Positions 1 through 11,122 are shown, counted from the first letter of the stretch. The stretch is 64,000 nucleotides of DNA from Spirochaetia bacterium (GCA_965203905.1 CBDBDQ010000005.1:4160001-4224000); one strand, 5' to 3'. Numbers and translations: made by a program. The notes: generated by a model not told the origin, from the letters alone.

Positions 1-846
1 ATCACCGGAGAGAGCGGGGTAGGCAAGGAACTGGTGGCCAGCGCGATCCATTCCCTGTCGCCCCGGCGCGGATCGAAGTTCGTCCAGGTGCATTGCGCGG
101 CGCTCACCGAGACGCTGTTGGAGAGCGAGCTGTTCGGCCACGAGCGGGGCGCGTTCACCGGCGCGGTGTCACGGCGCCGCGGGCGCTTCGAGCTGGCCGA
201 CGGCGGCACCATTCTGCTGGACGAGATCGGCGAGATCAGCCAGAACATCCAGATCAAGCTGCTGCGAATCCTGCAGGAGCGCGCGTTCGAGCGGGTGGGC
301 GGCGAGCAGACCCTGCACGTCGACGTGCGGGTGATAGCCGCCACCAATCGGGACCTCAAGGAGGAGATCGACCGGGGGCGGTTCCGGGAGGATCTGTACT
401 ACCGGCTCAACGTGGTGCACATCCACGTACCGCCGCTGCGGGAGCGGCAGGCCGACATCGCACTGTTGGCGGCCGGATTCCTGAGGGAGTTCGCCGCGGA
501 AAACGGCAAGGACCTGGCCGGCATCAAGCCGGCGGCGCTGACCGCGCTGCGCCGCTACTCCTGGCCGGGCAACGTACGCGAGTTGCAGAACGGCATCGAG
601 AGCGCGGTGGTGATGGCGCGTGGCAGTGCGATCGAGCTGCATGATCTGCCGCCGGCGGTGCGCAGCGCGGAGGACGCCCCCGCGATCTGGCTGCCGCTGG
701 GATCGACGCTGGACCAGGGAGAGAGAGCGATCATCCGCGCCACCCTGAGTCACCAGCAGGGTAACAAGTCACGCACGGCGGAGGTCCTCGGCATCAGCCG
801 CAAGACCCTGCACCGCAAGATGCGGGAGTACCAGCTCGAAGACTGA
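1..846 (+). CDS. sigma54-dependent transcriptional activator (NtrC/Fis family), 5'-partial
   Basis: Frame open from base 1: [10 protein letters not shown] Walker [16 protein letters not shown] motif, [15 protein letters not shown] and C-terminal Fis-type HTH ([16 protein letters not shown]). Confidence 0.95.
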   Translation: MTGESGVGKELVASAIHSLSPRRGSKFVQVHCAALTETLLESELFGHERGAFTGAVSRRRGRFELADGGTILLDEIGEISQNIQIKLLRILQERAFERVGGEQTLHVDVRVIAATNRDLKEEIDRGRFREDLYYRLNVVHIHVPPLRERQADIALLAAGFLREFAAENGKDLAGIKPAALTALRRYSWPGNVRELQNGIESAVVMARGSAIELHDLPPAVRSAEDAPAIWLPLGSTLDQGERAIIRATLSHQQGNKSRTAEVLGISRKTLHRKMREYQLED

Positions 847-860
847 CCAGTCCGCTCGCG

Positions 861-1997
861 TCACGCCTGGCGCGGGCCGCTGCCATGAGCGTCGCCGTGG
901 GCCTCGCCGTCGCCGCGCCGCTGCTTGCGCCGATGGGTGTGGACCGCGACCAGCGTGGCGTACGCCAGCAGCACGCCGGCCCAGGCCACGAACACCAGGT
1001 AGAGCGCAGCCTCGCGCAGCAGCACCGTCGCGGTGATCGCGACCGCGGCCAGGTAGCCGCATACCGAGTACACGGCAAGCAGGATCTTGTGGTCCGACAG
1101 GCCCAGGTCGCGCAGCACGAAGTGGATATGGTCGGTGTCGGCGGTCCCCAGGGAGACGCGCTGTCGGACGCGGCGCAGCACGGCGGCGCCGCAGTCCAGG
1201 ATCGGGATCAGCATCAGGGTCGCCGGAACCATCAGGGTGCGCAGGGTAGCGGCCCCGCCGATGTCCAGCAGCGGCACTACCGCCAGCGAGAAGCCGAGCA
1301 GGTGGCTGCCGGAATCTCCCATGAAGATCGACGCCGGCGGCCAGTTGTAGAGCAGGAAGCCGCACACCGCGCCGAACAGCGCTACCGCGACCACGGCGGT
1401 AAGCAGGTGTCCCTGGAGCATGGCGACCACCGCCAGGCCGGCGGCGGCAAACGCGGCAATGCCGCCCGCCAGGCCGTCCCGTCCATCGATCAGGTTCAGC
1501 GAGTTGACCATGCCGACGATCCAGAACACGGTGACGGGGACGGCGGCGAAGCCGAGTTCCAGGCGGCCGAGGAGAGGCAGGGCGATGGAATCGATGCGCA
1601 TCCCCCCCGCCGCGATGACGCTGGCGGCGACGGCCTGCAGCAGCAGCTTGGTCCGGGCGCGCAACGGCACGAAGTCGTCGAACAGACCGACGCCGAAGAT
1701 CAACGCCACGCCGGCGGTGGCGGCCAGCAGGGGGGAGAGCGCATCCGGCAGCGGGACGTCCAGGAGTGCCATCGCGGCCGTACCGGCGCCGATCCCCAGG
1801 GCGGCGGAGAGGAAGATGGCGAGTCCGCCGATGCGCGGGATCAGCCCGGTGTGGAGCTTCCGGGAATCGGGGATGTCGTACCACTTGAAGCGGTGCGCGA
1901 GGCGCGTAACCAGGGGCGTGAGCACGCCATTGGCGGTGCACGCTACGACCACCGCCGCCACCAGAGCAACGGTAAGACTGGCTTCGCTGGTGGCCAT
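861..1997 (-). CDS. MraY/WecA-family undecaprenyl-phosphate GlcNAc-1-phosphate transferase
   Basis: RKLH..IPRIGG, GLFDD, NSLNLIDGRDGLA, YNWPPASIFMGDSGS, D..HIH motifs; many TM segments. Start at ATG 1997 preferred over ORF start 2072. Confidence 0.9.
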   Translation of the reverse strand: MATSEASLTVALVAAVVVACTANGVLTPLVTRLAHRFKWYDIPDSRKLHTGLIPRIGGLAIFLSAALGIGAGTAAMALLDVPLPDALSPLLAATAGVALIFGVGLFDDFVPLRARTKLLLQAVAASVIAAGGMRIDSIALPLLGRLELGFAAVPVTVFWIVGMVNSLNLIDGRDGLAGGIAAFAAAGLAVVAMLQGHLLTAVVAVALFGAVCGFLLYNWPPASIFMGDSGSHLLGFSLAVVPLLDIGGAATLRTLMVPATLMLIPILDCGAAVLRRVRQRVSLGTADTDHIHFVLRDLGLSDHKILLAVYSVCGYLAAVAITATVLLREAALYLVFVAWAGVLLAYATLVAVHTHRRKQRRGDGEAHGDAHGSGPRQA

Positions 1998-2074
1998 GCC
2001 TGCGCCGACTGTAGAGTATGTACGTAATCCTGTCACCGGACGACGGATGCTGTTGTTGACGATGATGTCCATAG

Positions 2075-2566
<492 letters not shown>

Positions 2567-3215
2567 GGCGGCCAGAACCGTGCAAAAAAGCTTGTTGACA
2601 CGACGCTCGTTCTGTGCCCTCCTGTTTTCGGGAGTGCCATGTACGTCACTCACCTCGTGTCCATAGCCGTCCCCCCCGCCCCCCGGCGGGGACTTGGTCA
2701 CATACCTGACGATCGAGAATCACCTCCACTAACCGCTCGGGCTGAGCGCGTAGCAGCAGCGCCGGGGGGCATCTTCGCCTTCAGCACGGCTGCGGCGACC
2801 ACCCGGATAACAGCGCTGCACGCGGCGCCGGTTCGGGCCACGTCACCTTCACCGCCGACCGCCACCGTCCCTGATCCTCCCGGTTCACACCTCGGAACCC
2901 ACCGCCGGCGTTGCCGGCCCATCGGACTCGCGGCTTCGCCGAGCCCACCACCGCCATACCTCGACACCACGTCACGTGGTGTTGTGATGCAGGTACGACG
3001 CCGGCCGCGCGGTCGGTGTGTCCAAGTCGACCAAAGGAGGAAGGGAAGCAACCCAAGACCGGTTTACGACTAACGCCCGGGCGGCGAGCCGCCGCGTCGG
3101 GACGATCCAGGGTGTCGCCCTCGCTCTCTGATTCGCCTGCGATTGCAGGCATGCCTCGAGAGTAGGCGAGGGGCGGGCAGTGAACGTCGTACTCTCGAGT
3201 GAGAGGAGCTATCGT

Positions 3216-5018
3216 ATGCATTACGCAACGTTCCGAACCTGCCTCGCGGTGCTGTGCGGTCTGGTCCTGACCGCAACCGGCCTCTGGGCGAGCCCGGCCG
3301 GGGAAGAGGAGCCCGCCGCGGCGATGGAGAAGGAAATGGTGCTCGACCCGAGTACCGGCAAGATGGTGAGCGCGCCGGAGTACGGCGGGACGTTGACCGT
3401 CGCCAACTTGCTTGAGCCAGAGAATGCTGACATGCATTTCAGCCATGTCCCAGCACTGGTCTCCGGCGCCACGGTAGAGAAGCTGGGAATGATGGACTGG
3501 GCAATAGATAGGGACATGTTTTCCTTCAGCAGCCAGTACCAGCCTCTATCCCTCTTTAGACCGCATCTGGCAGCGAGCTGGGACACCCCCGACCCCCTCA
3601 CGATCGTCTTCAACATCCGCAAAGGGGTTAAATGGCAAGACAAGGCACCGATGAATGGGAGAGAGCTAACCGCTGATGATGTCGTATTCAATTTTCAGCG
3701 CATGCTGGGCCTGGGCGACTTTGCGGAAGCCGGACCGAGCCCCGTTACGTGGCAGCTGTTCTCTGCCGAGTCGGTAACGGCCACCGACCGATACACGGTT
3801 GTTATCAAGCTGCCGGAGCCCAGTAGCGCAGCTCTTGGACGGTCCCTTGGCCAGGGCAGCATCTTCTACATAAATCCCCCCGAGGTCATCAAGGAGCACG
3901 GTGACGTGAAGGATTGGAGGAACCTGGTCGGAACCGGGCCCTATTTCCTCACCGACTGGACCGACGGAAGCTCTATTACCTTGCAGAAGAATCCTGACTA
4001 CTGGAAAGACGATGAGAAGTACCCGGGGAATCGGCTACCCTATTCTGACGAGATACACAGCCTTTTCATCGCAGAGGAAGCGACCCGTCTGGCGGGACTG
4101 CGCTCAGGTCAGATTGATTTCCTGGGTTTCCCTGCCGGTGTCTCTGACATCACATCGGTCGAAGTGCTCGAGAGCCTGCAGAAGAACAACCCCGAAATCG
4201 TGCTGCAGGCCTGGTGGGACCGTTCGGAAACCTCTTTTGCTCTGGACGCGACCAAGCCGCCCTTTGACGACGTCAGGGTGCGCAGAGCCATGCAGATGGC
4301 AATCGACCTTGAGGGCATCGACCGCGACTTCTACAAGGGCACTTCAGTCTGGCAGCCTCACGGGATAGTGGGGGAAGGCATCACCGGGTATTTCACTCCC
4401 TTTGAAGAGTGGCCCGAAGAGGTCAAGAACGGCTATCGGTACGATCCGGCAGGGGCGGAAGCTCTGCTGGATGAGGCCGGATATCCGCGCGGCGCCGACG
4501 GCACTCGATTCAAGACCGCAATGAACCTTCATTCTTCGTTGCCTTTAGGCTATTTCGAACTGGCTGCCACCTACTGGGCTGAGGTTGGCGTTGATCTGGA
4601 GATCAACCCCTTGGATGGAGCCCCCTGGTCGGCTGCTCGAAGGGACCATACTTGGGAAGGTCTGATGTGGCAACCTCTTGGCTGGAATGCCGATCCGGTG
4701 AATTTTGTACGCAACTACGTACACTCGAGCCAGGCGGAAGACTATCACGGAATCAGGTACCCTGAGTTGGATGCCCTTGTTGAAGCCGCCGAAGCCACTA
4801 CCTCCATTGAGGAGCAACAGAGGCTGGTCAAAGAGGTGGATATGTACACCATAGAGAACCACTGGTGGATATGGGGTCCCAAAGCCGGAAAGTACATGGC
4901 GCACCAGCCATGGGTCGTCGGCTTCAACGGTGAAACCCAGTTTTCATCTTTGGACCGCCTCACGATCCTCGCGCGCCTCTGGATTGACAGTGCGCTAAAG
5001 GCAGAAATGGGCTATTAG
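3216..5018 (+). CDS. ABC transporter substrate-binding protein, family 5 (peptide/nickel)
   Basis: Signal peptide, GAGGAG RBS, YGGTLT, GRELTADDVVFNF, GTGPY, PFDDVRVRRAM, YDP..A..LLDEAGY. Confidence 0.93.
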   Translation: MHYATFRTCLAVLCGLVLTATGLWASPAGEEEPAAAMEKEMVLDPSTGKMVSAPEYGGTLTVANLLEPENADMHFSHVPALVSGATVEKLGMMDWAIDRDMFSFSSQYQPLSLFRPHLAASWDTPDPLTIVFNIRKGVKWQDKAPMNGRELTADDVVFNFQRMLGLGDFAEAGPSPVTWQLFSAESVTATDRYTVVIKLPEPSSAALGRSLGQGSIFYINPPEVIKEHGDVKDWRNLVGTGPYFLTDWTDGSSITLQKNPDYWKDDEKYPGNRLPYSDEIHSLFIAEEATRLAGLRSGQIDFLGFPAGVSDITSVEVLESLQKNNPEIVLQAWWDRSETSFALDATKPPFDDVRVRRAMQMAIDLEGIDRDFYKGTSVWQPHGIVGEGITGYFTPFEEWPEEVKNGYRYDPAGAEALLDEAGYPRGADGTRFKTAMNLHSSLPLGYFELAATYWAEVGVDLEINPLDGAPWSAARRDHTWEGLMWQPLGWNADPVNFVRNYVHSSQAEDYHGIRYPELDALVEAAEATTSIEEQQRLVKEVDMYTIENHWWIWGPKAGKYMAHQPWVVGFNGETQFSSLDRLTILARLWIDSALKAEMGY

Positions 5019-5023
5019 CCTTG

Positions 5024-5054
5024 CGGAGGGGGACCAGGGAATCGTCCCCCTCCG
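5024..5054 (+). other. intercistronic stem-loop
   Basis: Perfect 11-bp inverted repeat CGGAGGGGGAC/GTCCCCCTCCG right after the SBP stop; no U-tract. Confidence 0.6.
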
Positions 5055-5094
5055 AGGGTGCAAATGACGGGAAGATCGCGGTGAGGTGCGGCAC

Positions 5095-6048
5095 ATGAGA
5101 GCCCACATCATCAGGCGGTTGTTGCTCATCATCCCTACCCTGTTCATCCTGAGCATCCTCGTCTTTCTCTCGGTCAGTTTCATCCCGGGCGATGTCATAG
5201 ACGTCATGCAAAGTAGGATGGATGGCCTGGGGCGGGTCGACCGTGAACAGCTTGAGCAGATGCTGGGACTGGACCAGCCGGTCTACGTGCAGTACGGCCG
5301 CTGGTTGAGAGATATCCTGCTGCACGGCAGCCTGGGCCGCTCACTGATGGGCGATTGGCTGGTAGAGGAGAAGATTCTCGGTCGATTGCCGGTCACCATC
5401 GAGCTGGGTGTCCTGTCCATCGTCATCGGGCTGTTGATCGCCCTGCCGGTCGGCATCTACTCGGCAATTCGCCAAGATACGGCGGTCGACTACGCCGGCC
5501 GTTCCATCGCCATCCTGGGCCTGGCAACTCCCAACTTCTGGCTCGCCCTCATGGTCATGATCTACCCGGCCATCTGGTGGGGCTGGTCGCCGCCGATGCG
5601 GCTGATCAAGTTCAGCGAAGACCCGCTCGGGAACCTCGGCATGTTCCTGATCCCCAGCCTGATTCTGGGGACTTACCTGGCTGCGGCTACCATGCGCATG
5701 ACGCGCACCATGATGCTGGAGGTGCTGCGGCAGGACTACATCAGGACCGCGTGGTCCAAGGGTCTGAAGGAACGGGTGGTGGTGGTGCGGCACGCGGTCA
5801 AGAACGTACTGATTCCGGTGGTTACGCTGATCGGCCTGCAGTTGCCCATCCTGGTGGGTGGCGCCGTGATCATCGAGAACATCTTCAACCTGCCCGGGTT
5901 GGGCCGCCTGATGCTGGTGGCTCTCAACGACAGAGACTTCCCGGTGGTCGCCGGCATCAACCTGGTGTTCGGCACCGCGGTGATGGGGATCAACCTGGTG
6001 ATAGACCTGGTCTATGCGGTCCTGGATCCCCGTATCCGCTATCAGTAG
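5095..6048 (+). CDS. peptide ABC transporter permease (DppB/OppB-like)
   Basis: IIRRLL, GLDQP..VQY, DYIRTAWSKGL EAA loop, LDPRIRY end. Confidence 0.93.
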   Translation: MRAHIIRRLLLIIPTLFILSILVFLSVSFIPGDVIDVMQSRMDGLGRVDREQLEQMLGLDQPVYVQYGRWLRDILLHGSLGRSLMGDWLVEEKILGRLPVTIELGVLSIVIGLLIALPVGIYSAIRQDTAVDYAGRSIAILGLATPNFWLALMVMIYPAIWWGWSPPMRLIKFSEDPLGNLGMFLIPSLILGTYLAAATMRMTRTMMLEVLRQDYIRTAWSKGLKERVVVVRHAVKNVLIPVVTLIGLQLPILVGGAVIIENIFNLPGLGRLMLVALNDRDFPVVAGINLVFGTAVMGINLVIDLVYAVLDPRIRYQ

Positions 6049-6965
6049 TGGGTCAAACAGTGGTGGGGCAAAGCAGTCAGCGCAGCGGGCGCACGCGGTT
6101 CTTGACCCGGCTGGTCAGGGAGAAGCCGCTCGGCACGGCCAGCGGCATTGCCGTAGTGATCCTGATTCTGGTGGCCGTTCTGGCCGACGTCATCGCTCCC
6201 TATCCCTATGGTGAACGGCACCTGCCCGACCGACTGCAGGGCTCATCGGCCCAGTATCTGCTCGGTACCGACCACCTGGGGCGCGACCTCCTGAGCCGCA
6301 TCATCCACGGCGCCCGGGTTTCCTTGACGGTGGGTCTGGCAGCCACCACGCTCAATGTTCTGGTCGCCGTGCTGATCGGCGGCACGTCGGGATTCCTTGG
6401 CGGCAAGCTGGATCTGGTGGTGCAACGGTTCGTGGATGCCTGGATGTCGTTCCCGGGGCTGCTGCTGTTGTTGACCATCATAGCGATCGTCGGCCAGGGG
6501 CTGGTGCAGCTGATCGCGGTCCTGGGCATCTCGGGCGGCATCGTCGGCTCGCGCGTGCTCAGGAGCGCCGTGATCGGGGTAAAGGAGAACGACTATTTTC
6601 AGTCCGCGGTGGCGATTGGCGCCTCGCAATCGAAGATAATCGTCCGCCACGTGCTGCCCAACATCGCGGCACCGATCATCGTGGTGTTCAGCATCAACGT
6701 GGGGGGCGTGATCATCTCGGAGGCTGCCTTGAGTTTCCTGGGCTTCGGCCTGCCGATCGAGGTTCCGAGCTGGGGCGGTATGCTGAGCCGGGAGGGCCGG
6801 CAGTACATGGAGGCGGCGCCCCACCTCGCCTTGTGGCCCGGCCTGGCGTTGACGGCTACCGTCTACAGCCTGAACATGCTCGGCGACGCGGTGCGCGACC
6901 TGCTCGACCCGCGGCTGATCGGCGGTGCGGGCCGTCTGGGCGCGCAAGACACCCGGTCCGTGTAG
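6048..6965 (+). CDS. peptide ABC transporter permease (DppC/OppC-like)
   Basis: LLGTDHLGRDLLSRII.GAR, RHVLPN, PSWG.ML, GDAVRDLLDPR; GTG overlaps upstream TAG (start approximate). Confidence 0.92.
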   Translation: MGQTVVGQSSQRSGRTRFLTRLVREKPLGTASGIAVVILILVAVLADVIAPYPYGERHLPDRLQGSSAQYLLGTDHLGRDLLSRIIHGARVSLTVGLAATTLNVLVAVLIGGTSGFLGGKLDLVVQRFVDAWMSFPGLLLLLTIIAIVGQGLVQLIAVLGISGGIVGSRVLRSAVIGVKENDYFQSAVAIGASQSKIIVRHVLPNIAAPIIVVFSINVGGVIISEAALSFLGFGLPIEVPSWGGMLSREGRQYMEAAPHLALWPGLALTATVYSLNMLGDAVRDLLDPRLIGGAGRLGAQDTRSV

Positions 6966-7180
6966 CGGTAGTGAGGCGAGGGTGCGTGCTGCGGGCATTC
7001 GCGGGACTTACGCAACGGGCTGGCGGCGTGCGTCCGCCGCAGGCGAAAACCGCTGACGATATTGACGTATCGCGGGACAGGTGTAATGTACCAAAGACTG
7101 CAGGTGAGGGCCGCCGCGACCCGGCGCCCCCCCTGGACGGTCGCGGCAGCACCAGACAGCCGCCCGTTGGAGCTGATCCC

Positions 7181-7456
7181 ATGGAGATAACGTCCAGACG
7201 AATGACTCCGGAGGAGGCCGAACGATTCCGGCGGGACGATGCCGCGTTCAGAAAGTCCAACCAGATGATGTGCGACCGACGTGACGAACTGGTCCAGCAG
7301 TACCCGGACCAGTGGGTCGGGCTCCATCATAGCCTTGGGGTGCTGCACAGCGACACCTACCAAGGTATCTATCAGGAGCTGAAGGATCATCAGTTTCCCG
7401 AGGCCCAGACGGCCATCGAACTTCTGGAGAAGAATCCTCGGATTTTGAACCTGTAG
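7181..7456 (+). CDS. small hypothetical protein (DUF5678-like)
   Basis: 91 aa, GGAG RBS, 'ELVQQYPDQWVG' signature resembling DUF5678 proteins. Confidence 0.6.
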   Translation: MEITSRRMTPEEAERFRRDDAAFRKSNQMMCDRRDELVQQYPDQWVGLHHSLGVLHSDTYQGIYQELKDHQFPEAQTAIELLEKNPRILNL

Positions 7457-7463
7457 GCCGGGC

Positions 7464-7665
7464 ATGGAAATCGCGGGGTTCTTTGATTGGGTTGGTCGGC
7501 CCAGAGTGGAAGCCCGAGTGGGTTTCACCGGTTGAATCTGGGCGGCGAGGTGTACTCGCGTCCGCGGCGGTTCGGCAAGAGTCTGCTTCCGGACACGCTG
7601 AAGGAGCTGTTCGAGGGCAACGAGGCGCGGTTCACGGGGCCCCACATCCATGACCGCGGCGTCTT
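7464..7665 (+). pseudogene. chimeric remnant: 5' end of an aspartyl-protease-like gene joined to an AAA-ATPase Walker A fragment
   Basis: MEIAGFFDWVGRPRVEARV / RLNLGGEV followed directly by SRPRRFGKSLLPDTLKELFEGNEARF, which matches SRPRRFGKSLFVDTLKELFEGSEALF of the ATPase at 47877-49424. Confidence 0.7.
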
Positions 7666-7690
7666 GAAGCGCGCGCGTCCCGCTCGAACC

Positions 7691-9247
7691 TCACATGCCC
7701 CACACGTCGACCGGCACGGCGCCATCGCCGCGCCGGAGATGGAATACCTTCTCCTCCCAGCTCCGGTTCTCCCGCCGGTCGATGACCACCAGGTGCCCTG
7801 CCTCCGCCGCGCTGCGGTCCACGTAGCGCGCCGTCTGCTCCACGCCCTCGTCCACCACGCTTTCCAGCCCGTCGTGCTCGCGCACCACCTTGCACTCCAC
7901 CACGAACTCCTGCACCCGGTCCGCCAGCGGCCACACGATCAGCAGGTCGACCCTGCCGCTCCCCAGTGCGTACTCCCGCTCGATGCGGCCGCCGCTGTTC
8001 ACCACGCCCTGCAAGTACGCCTGCAGGAGCAGCTGCGGCCACGCCTCCTCGTAGGCGAAGCGGTTCCGCCAGTGCTCGGAGTGGCGGCGGAAGAAGCTCT
8101 GAAACTCCACCATCAGCAACTCCGCGTCCAGGCTGCCGTCCGCTTTCACGTACCGCGGCGGCGACAGGTCCAGCGTCTCCTGCACCACCCACGCCAGTTC
8201 GCGCGGCAGCACTTCGGCGTAGATCGGGTTCGCCACCCGCAACGGCGCGTCACGGGCCACCAGCCCCAGGTCGCGTGCGTACCCGATGTCGCGGTCCGTG
8301 AAGGTGTGCCGCTCCGTGCCGCTCAGCATCGGCTCGATCACCCGCCGCACGCGGTCCTCGCGCAGCTTGTCCGCCAGGTAGTCCAGGTGGGTGACCCGGT
8401 TCACGACAAGCTTCTCGCGCACCGCGGCGATGTCGTCCGCGGTCACCGTGAGCGAACGATCTTCGCGCAGCGTCCTGTTCTCGAAGCAGGCACCGTACGC
8501 CAGCGCGTTCACCAGCCACGGCTGGCCGCGCGTCTGCGTCCACACCGCCTGCAGCGCCTCCGGGGCGAACGCCTGGCCGGTCTCTTCGGTGTGCTGACCC
8601 AGCAGCGCCAGCGTCTGCTCGCGCGTGAAGTCGCCCAGGCGCAGCGACGCGGCGGCGATGTTGAACGGGCTGCCGGCGGCGCCCATGCGGTAGTCGCGCA
8701 CGTCGCGCATGCCGCACAGGACCACGCTGTGCGGAAAGCGCTCCGGACGCCCGGGGTAGCCGGCGCGGAGTTGCTGGAGCACCGACAACAGCGAATCGCC
8801 CACCAGCGTGTCGATCTCGTCGATCAGCAGCACCAGCGGTCCCGGCGACGCCTGCGCCCAGCGATACAGCGCTTCACCCAGTGCCTCGTCGGCACCGACT
8901 CGCGCCAGGACGTCCGGCCAGATGTCGTCCAGAAAGCCGTCATCGAGCGTCGCCCGCGCCTGCGACGCCAGCCTGACGAGCACCGAGCGCATTGCCCGTT
9001 GCACGTCGTCGCGCGCGGTGCGAGCGGTTTCGACCGTAACGTACACGCACCGGTAGCCGCGCCCGTTCAGCACTTCGGCCAGCGCCAGCAGCGCCGATGT
9101 CTTGCCAGTCTGCCGCGGCGCGTGCAGGACGAAGTACTTCTTGTCTCGTACCAGGCCGAGCACTTGGTCCTGGTCGATCCTCGATAGCGGCGCGATCAGG
9201 TAGTGATCGGTCTGATTGACGGGGCCGGCGGTGTTGAACGAACGCAT
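7691..9247 (-). CDS. AAA-like ATPase with C-terminal PD-(D/E)XK-type nuclease domain
   Basis: MRSFNTAGP, APRQTGKTS Walker A, LLIDEID Walker B, C-terminal EREY..GSGRVDL...VVECK. Confidence 0.85.
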   Translation of the reverse strand: MRSFNTAGPVNQTDHYLIAPLSRIDQDQVLGLVRDKKYFVLHAPRQTGKTSALLALAEVLNGRGYRCVYVTVETARTARDDVQRAMRSVLVRLASQARATLDDGFLDDIWPDVLARVGADEALGEALYRWAQASPGPLVLLIDEIDTLVGDSLLSVLQQLRAGYPGRPERFPHSVVLCGMRDVRDYRMGAAGSPFNIAAASLRLGDFTREQTLALLGQHTEETGQAFAPEALQAVWTQTRGQPWLVNALAYGACFENRTLREDRSLTVTADDIAAVREKLVVNRVTHLDYLADKLREDRVRRVIEPMLSGTERHTFTDRDIGYARDLGLVARDAPLRVANPIYAEVLPRELAWVVQETLDLSPPRYVKADGSLDAELLMVEFQSFFRRHSEHWRNRFAYEEAWPQLLLQAYLQGVVNSGGRIEREYALGSGRVDLLIVWPLADRVQEFVVECKVVREHDGLESVVDEGVEQTARYVDRSAAEAGHLVVIDRRENRSWEEKVFHLRRGDGAVPVDVWGM

Positions 9248-9412
9248 GGACCGGGCGCTCCGGTCCGCACTGTATCACAAGCGCTCGATGCGACCTGACA
9301 CGGCCAGCGTCGCGGCTCAACGCCGGGTGGCAATCAAGCGCGTGACCGCGAAACCACACAGCGGGTACATTACAAGCGACGCGAGTCCTCTCGCCAAGGA
9401 GCCCCCTCTACC

Positions 9413-11122
9413 ATGTCCAGACTACGAACACCGATTCTCACGGCGCTGGCGGTCGTTACGCTGGCGGTGGCAGCCGCGGCCGAGCGCGGTACCGACGGCG
9501 AGCTGAGGATGCTCTATTGGCAGGCGCCGTCGATCCTCAACCCGTACCTGTCGGGAGGCACCAAGGACATCCATGCGGCCTCGCTGATCCTGGAGCCGCT
9601 GGCACGCTACGACGAGCACGGCGAGATGGTCGCGTGGCTGGCGGCCGAGATTCCCACCCTGGAAAACGGCGGCGTGGCGCAGGATCTCAGGTCGATCACC
9701 TGGAAGCTGCGCGAAGACGTGGTGTGGTCGGACGGCACGCCGTTCACCGCCGCGGACGTGGCCTTCACCGCGGCCTACTGCCGGGACCCGAGTGGCGGCT
9801 GCGCGTCGCTGGCGGCGTTCCAGGGCGTCGGCTCGGTCGAGGCGGTCGGCGACCACACGGTGCGGATCAACTTCGACGTGCCCATGCCGTTCCCCTACGC
9901 GCCGTTCGTGGGCTCGGTCATGCCGATCCTGCAGCAGCGCCAGTTCGAGGACTGCAGGGGGGCGCGCGCGCCGGAGTGCACCAGCGAGAACTTCGCTCCT
10001 GTCGGCACCGGTCCGTTCGAGGTGGCGGAGTTCCGGCCCAACGACGTGGTGCGCTACGTGGTCAACGAGCGTTACCGCGACCCCGACCGGCCGGCCTTCT
10101 CGTCGGTGCTGCTGAAGGGCGGCGGCGACGCCGTCTCGTCCGCCCGCGCGGTGCTGGTGACCGGCGAGTTCGACTACGGCTGGAACCTGCAGGTGGAGCC
10201 CGAGATCCTGGCCGACATGGAACGCGCCGGCAAGGGCGAGGTGCTGTCCGCCTTCGGCACCTTCGTCGAACGGCTGGTGATCAACCTGACCAATCCCGAC
10301 TCGGCGCTCGGCGACAAGCGCTCGACCCACCAGGGCGGCAGCAATCCGCACCCGTTCCTTGCCGAACCGGCGGTGGTGCGTGCTTTGTCGCTGGCGATCG
10401 ACCGTGACATCCTGGTGGAGGCCGGCTACGGTCCCGCCGGCCGGGTGACCTGCAACGTGTTGCCCGCCCCGGCGGCGTACGCCTCCACCGCCAACGACTG
10501 GTGCCTGACGCAGGACATCGAGTACGCCAACCGGATCCTGGACGATGCGGGCTGGGTGCGCGGCCGCGGCGGCATCCGCGAAAAGGACGGCGTGCGGCTG
10601 TCGATCCTCTACCAGACCTCGACCAACTCGGTGCGCCAGGGCACGCAGGCGCTGATCAAGCAGATGTGGCGCGAGATCGGCGTGGACACCGAGCTGCGCA
10701 ACATCAACGCCTCGGTGTTCTTCGGCAGCGACCCGGCCAGCCCCGACACCTACCAGAAGTTCTACGCCGACATCCAGATGTATACCAGCAACTTCGATGG
10801 CACCGATCCGCAGGCCTACATGGCGGGCTGGGTATGCGACAAGATCCCGGGCCCCGAGAACCAGTGGAACGGCAGCAACATCTCGCGCTACTGCAACCCG
10901 GAGTACGACGCCCTTGCCGCCGAGTTCGCCGAGACCGGCGGCATCGAGCAGCGCGCGGCGATCGCCAAGCGCATGAACGACCTGCTGATCGAGGACGGAG
11001 CGCTGATCCCGCTGATCCACCGCGGCGAGGTCGCCGCCCGCTCCCTGACCCTCGGCGGCATGCGCCACAACGCCTGGGACGCGACGCTGTGGAACATTCA
11101 CGAGTGGCATCGCATCGAGTGA
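9413..11122 (+). CDS. peptide ABC transporter substrate-binding protein
   Basis: AAGGAG RBS, signal peptide, WQAPSILNPYLSGGTKD, WSDGTPFTAADV, GTGPF. Confidence 0.95.
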   Translation: MSRLRTPILTALAVVTLAVAAAAERGTDGELRMLYWQAPSILNPYLSGGTKDIHAASLILEPLARYDEHGEMVAWLAAEIPTLENGGVAQDLRSITWKLREDVVWSDGTPFTAADVAFTAAYCRDPSGGCASLAAFQGVGSVEAVGDHTVRINFDVPMPFPYAPFVGSVMPILQQRQFEDCRGARAPECTSENFAPVGTGPFEVAEFRPNDVVRYVVNERYRDPDRPAFSSVLLKGGGDAVSSARAVLVTGEFDYGWNLQVEPEILADMERAGKGEVLSAFGTFVERLVINLTNPDSALGDKRSTHQGGSNPHPFLAEPAVVRALSLAIDRDILVEAGYGPAGRVTCNVLPAPAAYASTANDWCLTQDIEYANRILDDAGWVRGRGGIREKDGVRLSILYQTSTNSVRQGTQALIKQMWREIGVDTELRNINASVFFGSDPASPDTYQKFYADIQMYTSNFDGTDPQAYMAGWVCDKIPGPENQWNGSNISRYCNPEYDALAAEFAETGGIEQRAAIAKRMNDLLIEDGALIPLIHRGEVAARSLTLGGMRHNAWDATLWNIHEWHRIE

